Made by a program: the position numbers and the translations under genes | Shown: piece after piece, positions 12,991 to 25,116 of the stretch | Layout: each line of letters opens with the position of its first letter | Position numbering within the stretch: the stretch's first letter is position 1 | The notes under the pieces: model-generated | Told to the model about the DNA's origin: nothing | Seen by the model: only the letters and a program-made list of their open reading frames with translations | Database searches by the model: none | NCBI RefSeq assembly: GCF_009834535.1 | Contig: NC_045696.1 | Span: 88,290,001-88,354,000 of the forward strand | Origin: Camelus ferus | Lineage: Eukaryota | Reading direction: 5' to 3' | DNA length: 64,000 bases

Positions 12991-14649
12991 AAACCCATTA
13001 TGCAAATGCAGTAAAAGCCTTCTCTAAACTACAGATAATCCTATGAAAATATAATTTGTTTTGTTATTATTACTAGAGAAACTCTGATAAATCAAATCCA
13101 TTAGGTATCTGAGAATATGATACTGCACAGATCCTCCTGGAGAGGAAGACATTATCCTGTTTTCAAAACAATGGACCAAAGAAAGCCTTTCTTCAGGCTC
13201 ATAACCCATTCCTCCAGGTACCAGTGCTGGCCTGTGCCCCACCCCTACTTCTTATAGAGAGCTTCACCTGCTTTGTGTTCCACAGGGGCTCCCTGCCCTC
13301 CCCACTCACCTGAGGGGTGTCACCACACAGCCTCAGCTGTTAGAGTCATACCCATCTAGGCCCCTGTACCACTGAAGACATCCCACAGTGCAGGTAGGCA
13401 GTGCTGCCTTTGAATGCACAACTTCATTAAAGATTTAAGAGGGTTTTAAAAGTCATCAAGTTTAAAGGGAAAATTAAAAGAAGAAGGAAGAAAAGAAACA
13501 AACATACTTCCTTCCTCCTTTTGGTATAGGGAAATCATCTTCTGAAAACACACAATTAAAGACAAGGAGATTCATGGTGTACTTGAATGAAGTAACCATT
13601 TTAAGTTCTTTGTTTAGCTTTCCTGAAATATGCCATCAGCTCTCTAAGGGCGTATTAATTCCACATTTCATTGTGAAAAATTGAGACACTGAGATTTTGT
13701 TGTCATCTAGTTCCAGGTTCCTTGTGAGTAATTCATTTCATGGTGTTTCTGTCATCCTATTTCCCAAATTCAGCCTCTTTTCCTAGCTTCCTTCTTAGCA
13801 TTTTCCCAGGCCCTTTCCTCCCATTCAGTGCTCATTCCTGGCCCCTTGTCACTGCATGTTTGTTACATGATCCAGTTTGCTGCTGCCTAGAAGAGCTTCC
13901 CCCCGTCTGCAGTGCCACTTTGGAGCAGACTGCTTCTGAAGCCATTCCTACTCAGAAGAGACCATGTAGTAGTACTCAGAATGCATTTGTCTAATGATTG
14001 AATGAATTCTCCTTCCCACATGACTCATCTTAAATTATCTTAAGTGGTTTTCTTAAATCTTGCATGTTGTCCCATAGGAGATTTAAAAATGAACTCAAAA
14101 GGAAGTAAGATTATATTACCTAAGCCAATCTAGAACCTAAATATAGCACATATTCTAACAATAGTTTGCAGCAGATGGTTTGCCAATAATAACCAACTCT
14201 CTTCTCACCTTTTCATAAGAAACAATAAATAACTAATCTTTTAGATTGCTTTTCATTAATTAGGAAGAAAAGAATCAAAGAAAAGGGGGAGATCGATGCT
14301 TTTTATCACTCAGATTTCATGAGACTGAAGTGAGAAGTGATAATAAAAGCCTTTTTACACATCAGAGCTGGCTACTGAGAGGGCTGGGAAGTGATCCAGG
14401 GCACGGTAGAAACTGGCAAGGAAAAAAAAAATGTTTTTAATCTTAATTCTGTAAATTGTTAGCAATATGTGACCACAGTCTTACCAGGTATCCAGCTTTG
14501 GTGTAAGACATGTTGGTATGCTTTAGATCTGTCCCTTCCTTGATTGATTGACTTTTACAGCTTAAAACAACGAACACTAGGGCTGCTCAAGGAAGAAATT
14601 TAATTTTTGAAAAGAAAGTAATGGCCAGGCAATTAATTAGGATATTTTT

Positions 14650-14782
14650 TAAAATTTGGGGGGGGGGGGGTTGTAGGTAATTAAGTTTACTTATTTATTT
14701 TTAGAGGAGGTACTGGGGATTGAACCCAGGACCCTGTGTATGCTAAGCATGCTCTCTACCACTTGAGCTACACCCTTCCCTC
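14650..14782 (-). mobile_element. tRNA-derived SINE (vic-1-like)
   Basis: Reverse copy (gtactggggattgaacccagg...ctaccacttgagcta); TSD taattaggatattttt / taattaggacattttt. Confidence 0.85.
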
Positions 14783-14992
14783 TAATTAGGACATTTTTAA
14801 AAGCTAAAATGTACAGAGAAAAAGTCAGTGATATTTCTAAATGAGTCATTTATCTCATTTATAAAAGTGAAGAGTATTAATAATATTTTAAACAGCTTTT
14901 CAGTACCTGGTTGATTTTGAATGAGGAATGCCAATGGGAGAGCAGAGGCACAGATTTACTGAAACAATGTATTCAAAATTATTTCATAGCAG

Positions 14993-15091
14993 GTACACAC
15001 TACTATATATAAAATAGATCAACAACAAGATCCTACTGTATAGCACAGGGAACTATATTCAATAACTTGTAATAACCTATGACAAAAAAGA

Positions 15092-15127
<36 letters not shown>

Positions 15128-15240
15128 ACATATACATATATATATTATATCTGAATCACTATGCTCTACACCAGAAACTAACACAATACTGTAAATCAAC
15201 TATACTTCAACAAGTAAATTTTTTTAAAACTAAAATTAAA
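14993..15240 (+). mobile_element. L1 3'-end fragment with internal (TA)/(TG) microsatellite
   Basis: ctactgtatagcacagggaactatattcaata...tgtaaatcaactatacttcaa. Confidence 0.85.
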
Positions 15241-17024
15241 TCATTTCAACTTGGCTTTAGAATGCAGAGAAGGCAGCATGTCCATACAAGCTTTAAAGGC
15301 TCAGGCTCTCAAGCCCACGATAGCATTCCCCTGTTAAAACCCCTAGATCCCTGCCCTTGTAGAATAAAGACAAAACACTAGGCCCTAGAGTGCTTGGCCT
15401 CACTCTGGTCATCCCCTCCTCTTCAGGCTTCTCATACTCCCAGCCTCCCTCCCCAGGTCACTGGGCTCCATTCCCCACCGCTTATCAGGCTCCTTCGCAC
15501 CGCTGAACTCTGCACAAACACAGGGGAACCCCTCTGTATTGGCTCTTCTCCTCACCTGACTACCCAATTTATTTGTTTGACTCAAAGTCATCTCTTGGAT
15601 TTTATCTCGAAATATCTCTTCCTTGGAGACATATTCAGACTGGATTAGGTTTCCTACAGCTCCCTTTACGTTGCTCTTATCCCTTATGGAGTAAGGTGGT
15701 TGACAATTATTTATTTGTATGTATTATTCGATGGCTACCTGTCTTCCCATCTGGACCAAGCTTCCTAGGGGGAGGGTCTGTATCTATCGGAGCCATCACC
15801 CTCCCATCTTCACCCAGCACAGTCTGGAAGTTTCTGCCTGATGAATAGACTCTCACATTCCTGATCAGTTACCTAGTGCCACCCTAAATTCTGTCTAGGT
15901 AATGAAAAGGAACCAAGTGTGGGTATCCATGAATGACATTTTTAAAAATTAAATTTAGTTTGAAATATACAGTTGCCTAATGGGACAGCCTAAAAGCTCA
16001 AATAGTGATACCTCCCAATCTCTCTTTGGCCTATCAGTGGAAAGTCTTGGTTGCTTGGATAATATTATTCACTGAAATTACCACTCCTTCTGCCACTCAT
16101 TTTCTCTAAGACCTAACCCTATTCACCTTCACTCTTTCTCTGCAACTAGGAATGAAAAAGAACACTGAGGTAATTTCTCACCAAAGTCCACCTGCTAGGA
16201 CAAGACATTTATATCCAATTACTTAGTCCCCATTTTGGCTTCTAGGAAAGATGGGAGGCTCACTTTTCTTTTCATAGGAAAGTAAAGCGACTCCAGTATA
16301 TATTATCTACTTATCTGGATCATCCTGGCCATTGTTACAAATAATCACAACCTGGTAACCCATTTTAAGTTTTTGTGGAAATTATCCTTATCAGAAAGAG
16401 TTACTCATTATCAAAGTCAAGCTGTTAAAAGTCAGCAACAGCCAACCTTATCCCACTTAAACGGGAACTGAGTCATTTATAATTATTTTGTTAAGTTGGT
16501 TACTTGTCATTCATTCATTTACTCATTTGTTCAGCAAGTATTTGCTGATGACTGTCTTTGTGCCAGGCATTAGGATCATGAGAGTCTCCCCATAGCCGAG
16601 GAGTCCATAGTCTTATGGAGCAAAGACATCTTGCTTTTCCTCAAAAGAGAATAAAAGAAAAGAGAGATTTTCAAATAAGAATATAGAAATGATCTTCAAA
16701 AAAATTTAACTTTGATTTGAATATTAAAAGTCATCAAAGTGGGCTCAGTGATGTGGCACTGTTGTATTTTTAGGAGTAAGCAGAACAGGCACAAGTCAGC
16801 TTGTAGATCCAAGGACACCCACCATGTTTATGAAAGTCTGCAAAAGCATGCCAAGAATCTTTTAAAGAAATGATAGATGCCCTTCTTCCTAGGAAGTTTT
16901 ACATGTGGTTTTAACTGTGGTCCTATCTGAAGGCCAATAAAACATTTTTATACGGTTTTTCGTAAGTTCTTTCCTTGAAAGCCAAATGACTACCCAAAGG
17001 TGCACTTTGGGCTTCCCCTTTGTT

Positions 17025-17558
17025 TTGGAGGTCCCCAAGTCCACCCACATGTCCAGTGCCTCACTAGAAAGATTCACAGGACTCAGCATATATTCGTGCT
17101 CAAAGCTGAGGTTTCTAACAGCAGAAAGATATACAACAGGATCAGCAAGGAAGAAAGACACAGGTGGAGTCTGAAGAAATCCACTTACAGGCTAACAATG
17201 CTCTCTCCCTCCCATGAATGGACACAACAAGTGTGCTTATCCTTTATCAACAGAAAGTGCAGTGATACATGTGTAATGTTTCTGCCCAGGGAAACCCATT
17301 ACAGACTCAGCACCAAAGTTTTTAATTGGGGCTGGTCACATGGACACTCTTTGCCTAGCAATTACAAAAATTCTGGACTCCCAAAATAAAGCAGGTGTTT
17401 GCCATAAATTACAGTGTTTGCACAGCCTAGGCATAGTGAATCATCCTTATCCATTAGGGAATGGAGAGAACATTCCAAAAGCCAAGTTCCCAGATGCCAG
17501 CCAAGGGCCCTTCTAAAGATAGCAGCCTCTGGCTTGCTATAGTGACTCTTTTCTGCAC
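17025..17558 (-). mobile_element. MER21-like LTR
   Basis: ggaggtccccaagtccacc...tcactagaaagattcacaggactcagc...gactcttttctgcaca. Confidence 0.7.
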
Positions 17559-17998
17559 ACCAGTCTTTACTCTTTTTCCAGAATATATGTTGTAGGAAAT
17601 GGAAAATTCACATTTATCTCCCTAGATATACAGGGCTACATAAAATGTGCTTGGTCTCAATTGGTAAATATTATTCTCACTAGAGTTATTACTAGCAACT
17701 ATATCTTTAGATACATATTACTGTTATTAATAATATTGCTATTAATTCTAGTAGTAATTATTGTATAGTAACAGTGGCAATATTTTTATTTCTATGATTA
17801 ATGTGTTGTGTATTATTTCCATACAATATTTCTATTCATAATTTACTCAATGATCATTAACAGTCTTTGAAAAATTTTAACAGTCTGAGGTTGTGAAAAT
17901 CTAAGGAGATTCTGTGTTTGGTACCTTATTTTATGTTTCTTCTAATCTGGTACTTTTTTTTAACAGGACAGACTTTCTGCAGCTTGAAGGAGCCAACC

Positions 17999-18229
17999 AT
18001 GGATTTCAAGCGTGTGAAGGACTATTTCTCCTGGCTCTACTATCAATATCAAATCATTAGCTGCTGTGCTGTCTTGGAGCCCTGGGAACAATCCATGTTC
18101 AATACCATCTTACTAACTATTTTTGCTATGGTGGTGTATACTGCCTATGTTTTTATCCCAATCCACATTCGCCTGGCTTGGGAATTTTTCTCCAAAATAT
18201 GTGGCTATCACAGTACAATTTCTAATTGA
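17999..18229 (+). CDS. SPTSSB: Serine palmitoyltransferase small subunit B (ssSPTb), 76 aa, single coding exon
   Basis: Translation [76 protein letters not shown] closely matches mammalian SPTSSB as recalled. Strong Kozak context (CCAACCATGG). Val25 and His56 are present. The ORF track's upstream extension from 17918 is mostly intronic. Confidence 0.97.
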   Translation: MDFKRVKDYFSWLYYQYQIISCCAVLEPWEQSMFNTILLTIFAMVVYTAYVFIPIHIRLAWEFFSKICGYHSTISN

Positions 18230-19498
18230 TCTTCTTTGCATTCTGTGAACTGGCACTGCATATGTGTGTGTTGCTTACAACATATTGATTTAGGTGAATG
18301 CTATGGCTTCTTTTGCTGCCTGACCTGAAAATCTCTCTCTTCTCTATGCACTCTTATATCCTGCCTGAAACTTGAGACAGATGTCTCTTTAGGTTCTTTG
18401 GTACATGCTACATTGTGCATCAGACCATAGATAACACAGTGACCTTACCTCACATACCATATTCTCTCAACTTAAATCTATGACTTCTGATTTTGTTTTT
18501 AATCAGGAAATTTCATATAAACTTTTCCTGGAAAGTAGGCTTATAAGAGACCTACCAGAATCATTTAAAATGCTCCCTTGATACTGATTCTACAGTGAAG
18601 GATATATTTTTTTTAAATTTGTTTATAGGCTACTGTCAAAAGTATCCTATCCTTGTTTACAATACACAAAAATGTCAGAATAAATTATATAGACCCCCGA
18701 AAGTCTTATTTTCTCATAACCTGCTGATACCTAGAATTTTTTTGCTCCCAAGTGCAAAAGTCTAGGTTGAAGGCAATTATCTCCTCACAGACATGGTTCA
18801 TGAATTGCTTCAAATGTCTCTAAAAGTCTGGCTTTATAACAGTTTAACATCAACAATGTTGACTGTAGATAACCCAGTAAGTATTCTAATATGAAATAAT
18901 TTAAAGTGTATGAAACAAAATATAATCAAAGTAAACACAGATATTGTGACTTGTGATGCTGCCTTGCCTTGCATGATGCTAGGGGGGAAAGAGACAAGAA
19001 ATTGCTTCCTTTCTGTGCTTTCACTCAGCAGAATAGGGGGAAAAATCATGTATTGGGCTACAGGAAGAAAAGCTAATAAATAGGCTGGAAGTAATATTCT
19101 ACCAGCAGGAACTCTACAGCTCCAGTTAAATGCTTTGATATAGTGGCTCCTTTGCAGAGCAAAAACAAGACTTATTAAATTTCCTTCAAAGTGTTTATCT
19201 TAAAAACAAATACAAAATTTTAATTATACTGCTGAATCAAATGTGAATGTCAAAAACCAAGCCTTGCAGTTTTTCTTTTCTCTCAATAAATATTAATGTT
19301 AGTAATTCTGGAGGATAAAAATGTAAATAGTTTTTGACAACATTTGCACCTTTGTTTATGTGATGAAAAAAAAAATTTCCAAGGAGATCTAGAGAGAAAG
19401 ATGTTTGGCATGCCAAATTAACTTGCATGTTTGTTGGAAAACGAACACACGTTTTGAAGATAAACCAGATCTGAATGTGTATTTGTTGATTTTAGCAA

Positions 19499-19528
19499 AA
19501 TAAAATTAGGTTTAATTTTATAAATAAA
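19499..19528 (+). terminator. Polyadenylation signals of SPTSSB (two AATAAA)
   Basis: AATAAA at 19499-19504 and 19523-19528, followed by T-rich sequence. Confidence 0.65.
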
Positions 19529-22194
19529 ATATCCATCTCCATATTTGCTTTTTCCTCATACTGTACTAAATATCCAGGTGCTTACCTCCATATTTCTCCC
19601 CTAATTTATCATTTCTTATTGATCCAATGGGGCAACTGATCTTAAAATGGTAGGGTAAACCTTAACAATTATCAAGGGTCTTCTCCAAGGTGGACACATT
19701 TTACAAGTTGAATTTGGTATTAAGGTCTCTTAGTTACAGGTAAGGAACCTAGAACTTGGAAAAGGTACATTTCTCATTCAAGATCCTTTAACCATTAGTG
19801 ACAAAGCCAGGAAACAAATCCAGGTCAGGAACACACTGGGCCCTGAAACACTTGCCGCATTGAAGCCCATGGGAGGACATCATGAGCAAATGAAAGTTAA
19901 TGGGATGGGGGTCATCAACACGTAAGGAAGCAGGACCCCATCGGTAAAAGAGGTGAGGAGCTGAGGATATAGCCAAGGTCGGAGGAACAAGACCAGGTCC
20001 CAACAACTGCCTTTGCTGTTTATATAGTGCTGTGTTTACCCATTTCTGTGCTGTCCAGGCCCATATGCCTGTTTTGAAAGATTGCTTTCACTTTTAAATA
20101 TTTAACAGAGAAGTCTCAGTTAAGCATGAACTTGGATGCATTCCCAGTTCACAATGATTCAACACCCTTATATACACAGACCCCTACTAAGTACTCTTGG
20201 AATTCAATCACAAAGATACTGCATTGACCTTCTTATAATCCTCCTTCTAAAAATAAGAATTAAGATAAATGTGAATAGACACAGTAAAACTTAATAAAGG
20301 ATATTGCAAAGCACTGCCCCAGGATGTCACTTCAAAGGGAAGCATTTCCTCTGAGAAATCAAAATAATAAATATAGGCTCCAAAAACATAATCAAACATA
20401 GTTTGGAAAAAACCTATCTGCATGCAGAAGGGAATAAACTCTACCTGTCCTGCCAGCTCTGTCAATTTCTAGACCAGGCAGAGATGCTCTCTACCTTGAC
20501 CATAGTTGGCCTAGATTAGGAACATTTTTTACATGCTTTTCTTTTGCTTCTATTATTTGTATATTTCAATGGTAGGTACAGAACATTCAAAAAAAAAAAA
20601 AAGAAAAAAAAAAAGAACGAAAGAAAAGAAAAGCTAAGATTTTCATGGTTCAAATGTGTTTGAATATGTCTCTCCCTAAACTAGAAATCATAAAATGTTC
20701 TTTCACTGGTATTAGCCAAGTCAATAACTGCTTTTATCTACTTGTGCAACAAAAAAATACAAAATGCCAAGAAATCAGACAGTTTTAACATCAAGAGAAC
20801 ACTAGTCAGTTTTTATTCATATGTTTTGTGTGAAAAAAAAATCACTAGTCCACATTTCTACTTCTTTCTTCTTCTATCATTAATATACTTGGGTCCTCCA
20901 ACTTGTAGAGCACGTGCCCCTGGAAGGCATGAAATTTGTTCTTATTTCTGAATCCCCAGTAAATGGCCCAGTGCCTGAAACAGAGCTGAGGAGATAGATA
21001 CACATCCTAGGGAACATGGCATAGTTCCCCATACCCTGTGTCCACATGGAAACAAGGAAGCTAAGTATCAAGGAAGCTCAGTATTGGGCCAATCTCAGGA
21101 TGAACAACTTCTGGGTATTGACCAAAATAACATTTTCATTTACCCATTCACTCAACAAATTTGTTAAAAGCCAACCATGTGTCAATGAGTAGAGAGAGAA
21201 ATAGAGACGTGCAGATATGTAATAAAGTACAGTTAAAACTAGGGTGTAGGTTTTCAGGTATTTGTTGTAAAACTCTCTTAAATTTACTGTATGTTTGAAA
21301 TTTTTTATTTAAAAAAATGCTGGGGAAAAAGTTCACCATGTGCTAGCGACTGAGCTTGCCACTAGGAAACAAAGATGAACGAGACAGAAACGGAAACATC
21401 CCTGCATCTATGAATCATACAATCTGGTAGGCAAGATGACACAAGAAAAAAATAAGCAAATGAACTATTTACAAATAGTGCTAAGGTCTTATGGAAGAAA
21501 TAAAAGAGTGCCGGAGAGAATGTAACAGAGGGTTGGGGATGGTAGGAAACATGGGGACTGCATTAGGGGAAAATTCAAACTTCTCCCATCGCAAGTCTTT
21601 AAGCAGGGGGGTGATGTCATTTACACTGTAAGATGAGGACACTGGCTGTTGTGTGAGAAGGGATAGGATGGGGGCATGAGTCTGAGTAGGGGGACCCAAT
21701 GCAGATAAGAGCTGGACTAAGGTGGCAGCAACAGAGACAGAGATATGCAGTCTGATGTGACATATATTTGGAGCTAGAAAGTCAACACATCTTGCTTATG
21801 GGTTGGATCAAAGGGGTAATTCCATTAAATATATAAAAATACATGAAGTCTTTTTTTAAAACACATCTAACTCACCTAAAGGAAATTTTCTCCTCATTTT
21901 GGGAAAGTTGTTTCCAGAGCTGATTGGCTGCCCTCTTTTTGAGAGGTTGATGGAAACAAACTTTATATATTTTTACTGTTTTCTCCAGCTTTTAAAGCTT
22001 CACTATATCTCATCAAGAGTCTTTATACTTCTGATGGGAAGAAAGGACTCTAATTTTCCACCAAGAAACAGAATGTTATTCTCTAGGTACTTTGCACCAT
22101 CAAAGCTGACTAACCAAAACATCAGTAGTAGGGCTGTTCCTAGGGATTAAGATAGCCCAACACTAATTCTAGAGCTTGAAAAGGCTTTGATGGT

Positions 22195-22499
22195 ACTAAG
22201 TGAAGTAAGTCAGAAAGAGAAAGACAAATACCATAGGATATCACAATCTAAAATATGACACAAATGAGCTTATTTACGAAACAGAAACAGACTCACAGAC
22301 ATAGAAAACAAATTTACGGTTACCAAAGGGGAAAGGGGGTGGGGGAGGGACAGATTAGGAGTTCAGGATTAGCAGATATACACTACTATATATAAAACAG
22401 ATAAACAACAAGGTCTTACTGTATAGCACAGGGAACTATATTCAGTATCCTGTAATAAACCATAGTAAAAAAAGAATACAGAAAAGAATATATGTGTAT

Positions 22500-22540
<41 letters not shown>

Positions 22541-22572
22541 AAGAACTTTGCTGTACACCAGAAACTAACAGA
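22195..22572 (+). mobile_element. L1 3'-end fragment
   Basis: aagtgaagtaagtcagaaagagaaagacaaatacc...ctgtacaccagaaactaac. Confidence 0.85.
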
Positions 22573-22582
22573 GCATCTGTGG

Positions 22583-22738
22583 CTAGACATCAGAATCATC
22601 TGGGAGCTTTAAAAACCACCAATGTCTGACCTCACCCAGAAAAATTAAATCACAGTCCCTGGAGGGGGCCCCAGTCATGGTAGTTTAAAAGCTCCCCAGG
22701 TGACTGATTCTAATATTCAGGCAAGACTGAGAACCACT
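22583..22738. mobile_element. MER5A-like hAT-Charlie MITE
   Basis: catcagaatcatctgggagc...ctccccaggtga..gattctaat...tgagaaccact. Confidence 0.75.
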
Positions 22739-23305
22739 TTACTAGGGCTTCAACAATGTTAATTAAGTCACTCAGATCCAGCTTACAGCTGGACACTTGC
22801 TCTCTCCCATTTGCCAGGTTCCCTGAACATGTCATTGATATGGTCAAGGCTCCACTGCTTTTCTAGATACAGTTCAATTGTAACAAACACCACTTCCCTG
22901 CAGTTCTTCAGTAAAGGTACTTAACACTCCCAGAAGAGCTCGAAGTGCTAAATCGTTAAGAACATCACACTCCCTGCTGGATATCGTTTCACGTAATGAT
23001 GTCCTCAATCATTTCATCATGCATCATTTAAAAGCAGCAAAATATCACAATTTATGCTTATAGGCATGAAGCTTTAAGTATACTCAATCTGCTGCTGATG
23101 AGCCTAGTGGAGCTTTTTTATTTGCAACTTGAGTACAAGATCATGTCACAGTAATTTGGTTAAGCCAGATAGATAGTGCCATCAGCCTGCTGCAGAGCAA
23201 GCAAGGCTGGTGAATTTCACTATAATGTTGTAGGGCATCACCTGGATGAATGATTGTACTTGTTTCCTTTTGTTTTTTATTACTTGCAGCTATAGGTCTT
23301 TAATG

Positions 23306-23306
<1 letters not shown>

Positions 23307-23367
<61 letters not shown>
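23307..23367. repeat. (TA)n microsatellite, about 30 units
   Basis: Directly visible. Confidence 0.95.
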
Positions 23368-23380
<13 letters not shown>

Positions 23381-23435
23381 TACACACACATATAACATTA
23401 TATATATACACACATACATATATATGACACAACAT

Positions 23436-23868
23436 TGTTAAAATCAAAAACAAATGGAGACCAACCTTGAAAACTTCCTGAGCAGACAGAACCAGTTTAA
23501 TCATACAAGCAAAGATTAATTTAGCTTATTTTGCAACACTAATTTACCTGGGTTATTTCTTACTTATGCCTCTGAAAATCATTAGCAAAACTTAAAAAAC
23601 TTTTCCCAAAACTGATGTGGGTAGCCACTAACCAATTTCCTATTATTTAAGAAAATTCTAATACCATAGCCAATCTTGATGAATAATAGTCACTGCCTTC
23701 CTACTATAAAAATTGCTGTATAACAATGTACCCTGAGCCTCATTCTATGTTTGGTTTGAGTGCTTTTGGTTCGTAAACTGTCTCTGAAGTGTGTGCACAA
23801 TGAACTTTTACTGATTACTACTTCAATGATTCATTGGTTTTACTTCTGTTATATATGAACTTTAGACA
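23436..23868 (+). mobile_element. Old solo LTR (ERV1-like) embedded in TA/CA microsatellites
   Basis: tgtta...taga-ca termini, CCAAT and TATAAAA (~23705), LTR-like length. Confidence 0.55.
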
Positions 23869-24439
23869 ATATATACCCACATACGCATACACACACACAC
23901 ATATATTTATATACATATACATATATATATATATTGAACCATCTAAAACCTACACCAATGTAATTAAAAACTAAGCTAACCAAGTGATATGTTAGGAAAA
24001 TAAATACCAGTCATATATGATGGAAAGACAAATACAAACCAGAGAATAGAAAAACCCAAGTTTTATTTCTTGCTCTGGCTAGCTATATGGCACCTTGGGC
24101 AAGTCACGATGCATTCTGAGGCTGCATCTGCTCACTGGAATGAATACCATTATCAACATATCAGTGTCCGTCATGAGAGCAGGAGAAGGAAAATGGAGTT
24201 TAAATTCCACTGGGCCAAACACCAGAGAATTACTTTCCAAAGCCAATGTAGTGAATGGAGACCAGTAGAAGTAAAATGAGAACAACTATTTACACCACCT
24301 TAACTGCTAACCTCTACAGCCTTAAAAAAGAGTGTACCCACATACTGGCATATGGCTGTCTTTACCCAGCACACTTACCCTTTAGCTCTATTTCAAATTC
24401 CCCTTCTTCTACTTGACCAACCACATGCCATAATAATAA

Positions 24440-24680
24440 TTGGTAATATTTAGGTAGCATATACTATGTGTCAGGCACTGTTGTAAGCATTCTGCATATG
24501 TAACTCATTTAATCCTCACAGCAACCCTGTTAGGTAGATACTATTAATATCCCCATTCTACAGATGCAGAAAGCTGAGGCACAGATTGTTTAAGTGACTT
24601 GCTCAAGGTTACAGTCAGTGAGAGAAGTGGAATTTGAACCAAGGCAGTCTGCTCCAGAGGAAATGTATTTAACCAGTGGA
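24440..24680 (-). mobile_element. MIR SINE, near full length
   Basis: actatgtgtcaggcactg...ccccattctacagatgcagaaagctgaggcacaga...aagtgacttgctcaaggttacag. Confidence 0.8.
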
Positions 24681-25116
24681 TAAAAAGATACCTTCTTCTG
24701 AATATCCATATCAGCTATCCTCTACACCATATTTTTTTTTCATTATATCATATACTGATTGTGTGATTACAGGAGATCAATGTGGTAAACATGTTGAGAT
24801 TTAGAAATAACTTTATACAGGATGAGCATGCATCCTGGTTTGCTCACTCAGTCTATTTGGATGGGGGTGGGGAAACTCAGAGAAGGCTTCCTACATGAAG
24901 TGATGCCTGAGTTACTGAATTATTAAAGGATAAATACCAATTAACCACATTAAAATCAGCAATTAAGAGCAGTCTGTTCTCTAATACAAACATTCTCCCT
25001 TGCCAATTGGTTATATTTGCTTGGACCCCAAAATACATCCTTTTACAAACGGAATTGACTATCCCTCCCTAAAACTCAAAGAAAACATTAAATTGCCTGC
25101 AAGAATAAAGTTCAGT

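Larger units (their letters stand above)
17967..19530 (+). other. SPTSSB: SPTSSB terminal exon (32 nt 5'UTR, CDS, ~1.3 kb 3'UTR)
   Basis: Polypyrimidine tract and AG acceptor (tactttttttttaacag, AG at 17965-17966). Repeat-free AT-rich 3'UTR ending near AATAAA at 19499-19504 and 19523-19528. The 3' end is approximate. Confidence 0.8.

Noticed and set aside
17918..17998. N-terminal extension of the SPTSSB ORF in the ORF track (103 aa)
   Set aside because: Starts at a TTG inside the intron and crosses the polypyrimidine tract and acceptor; the real start is the Kozak ATG at 17999.
22990..23100. Possible C/D-box snoRNA (ATGATG ... CTGA)
   Set aside because: Imperfect box C, no terminal stem, no recognisable rRNA guide, and not within a host intron.
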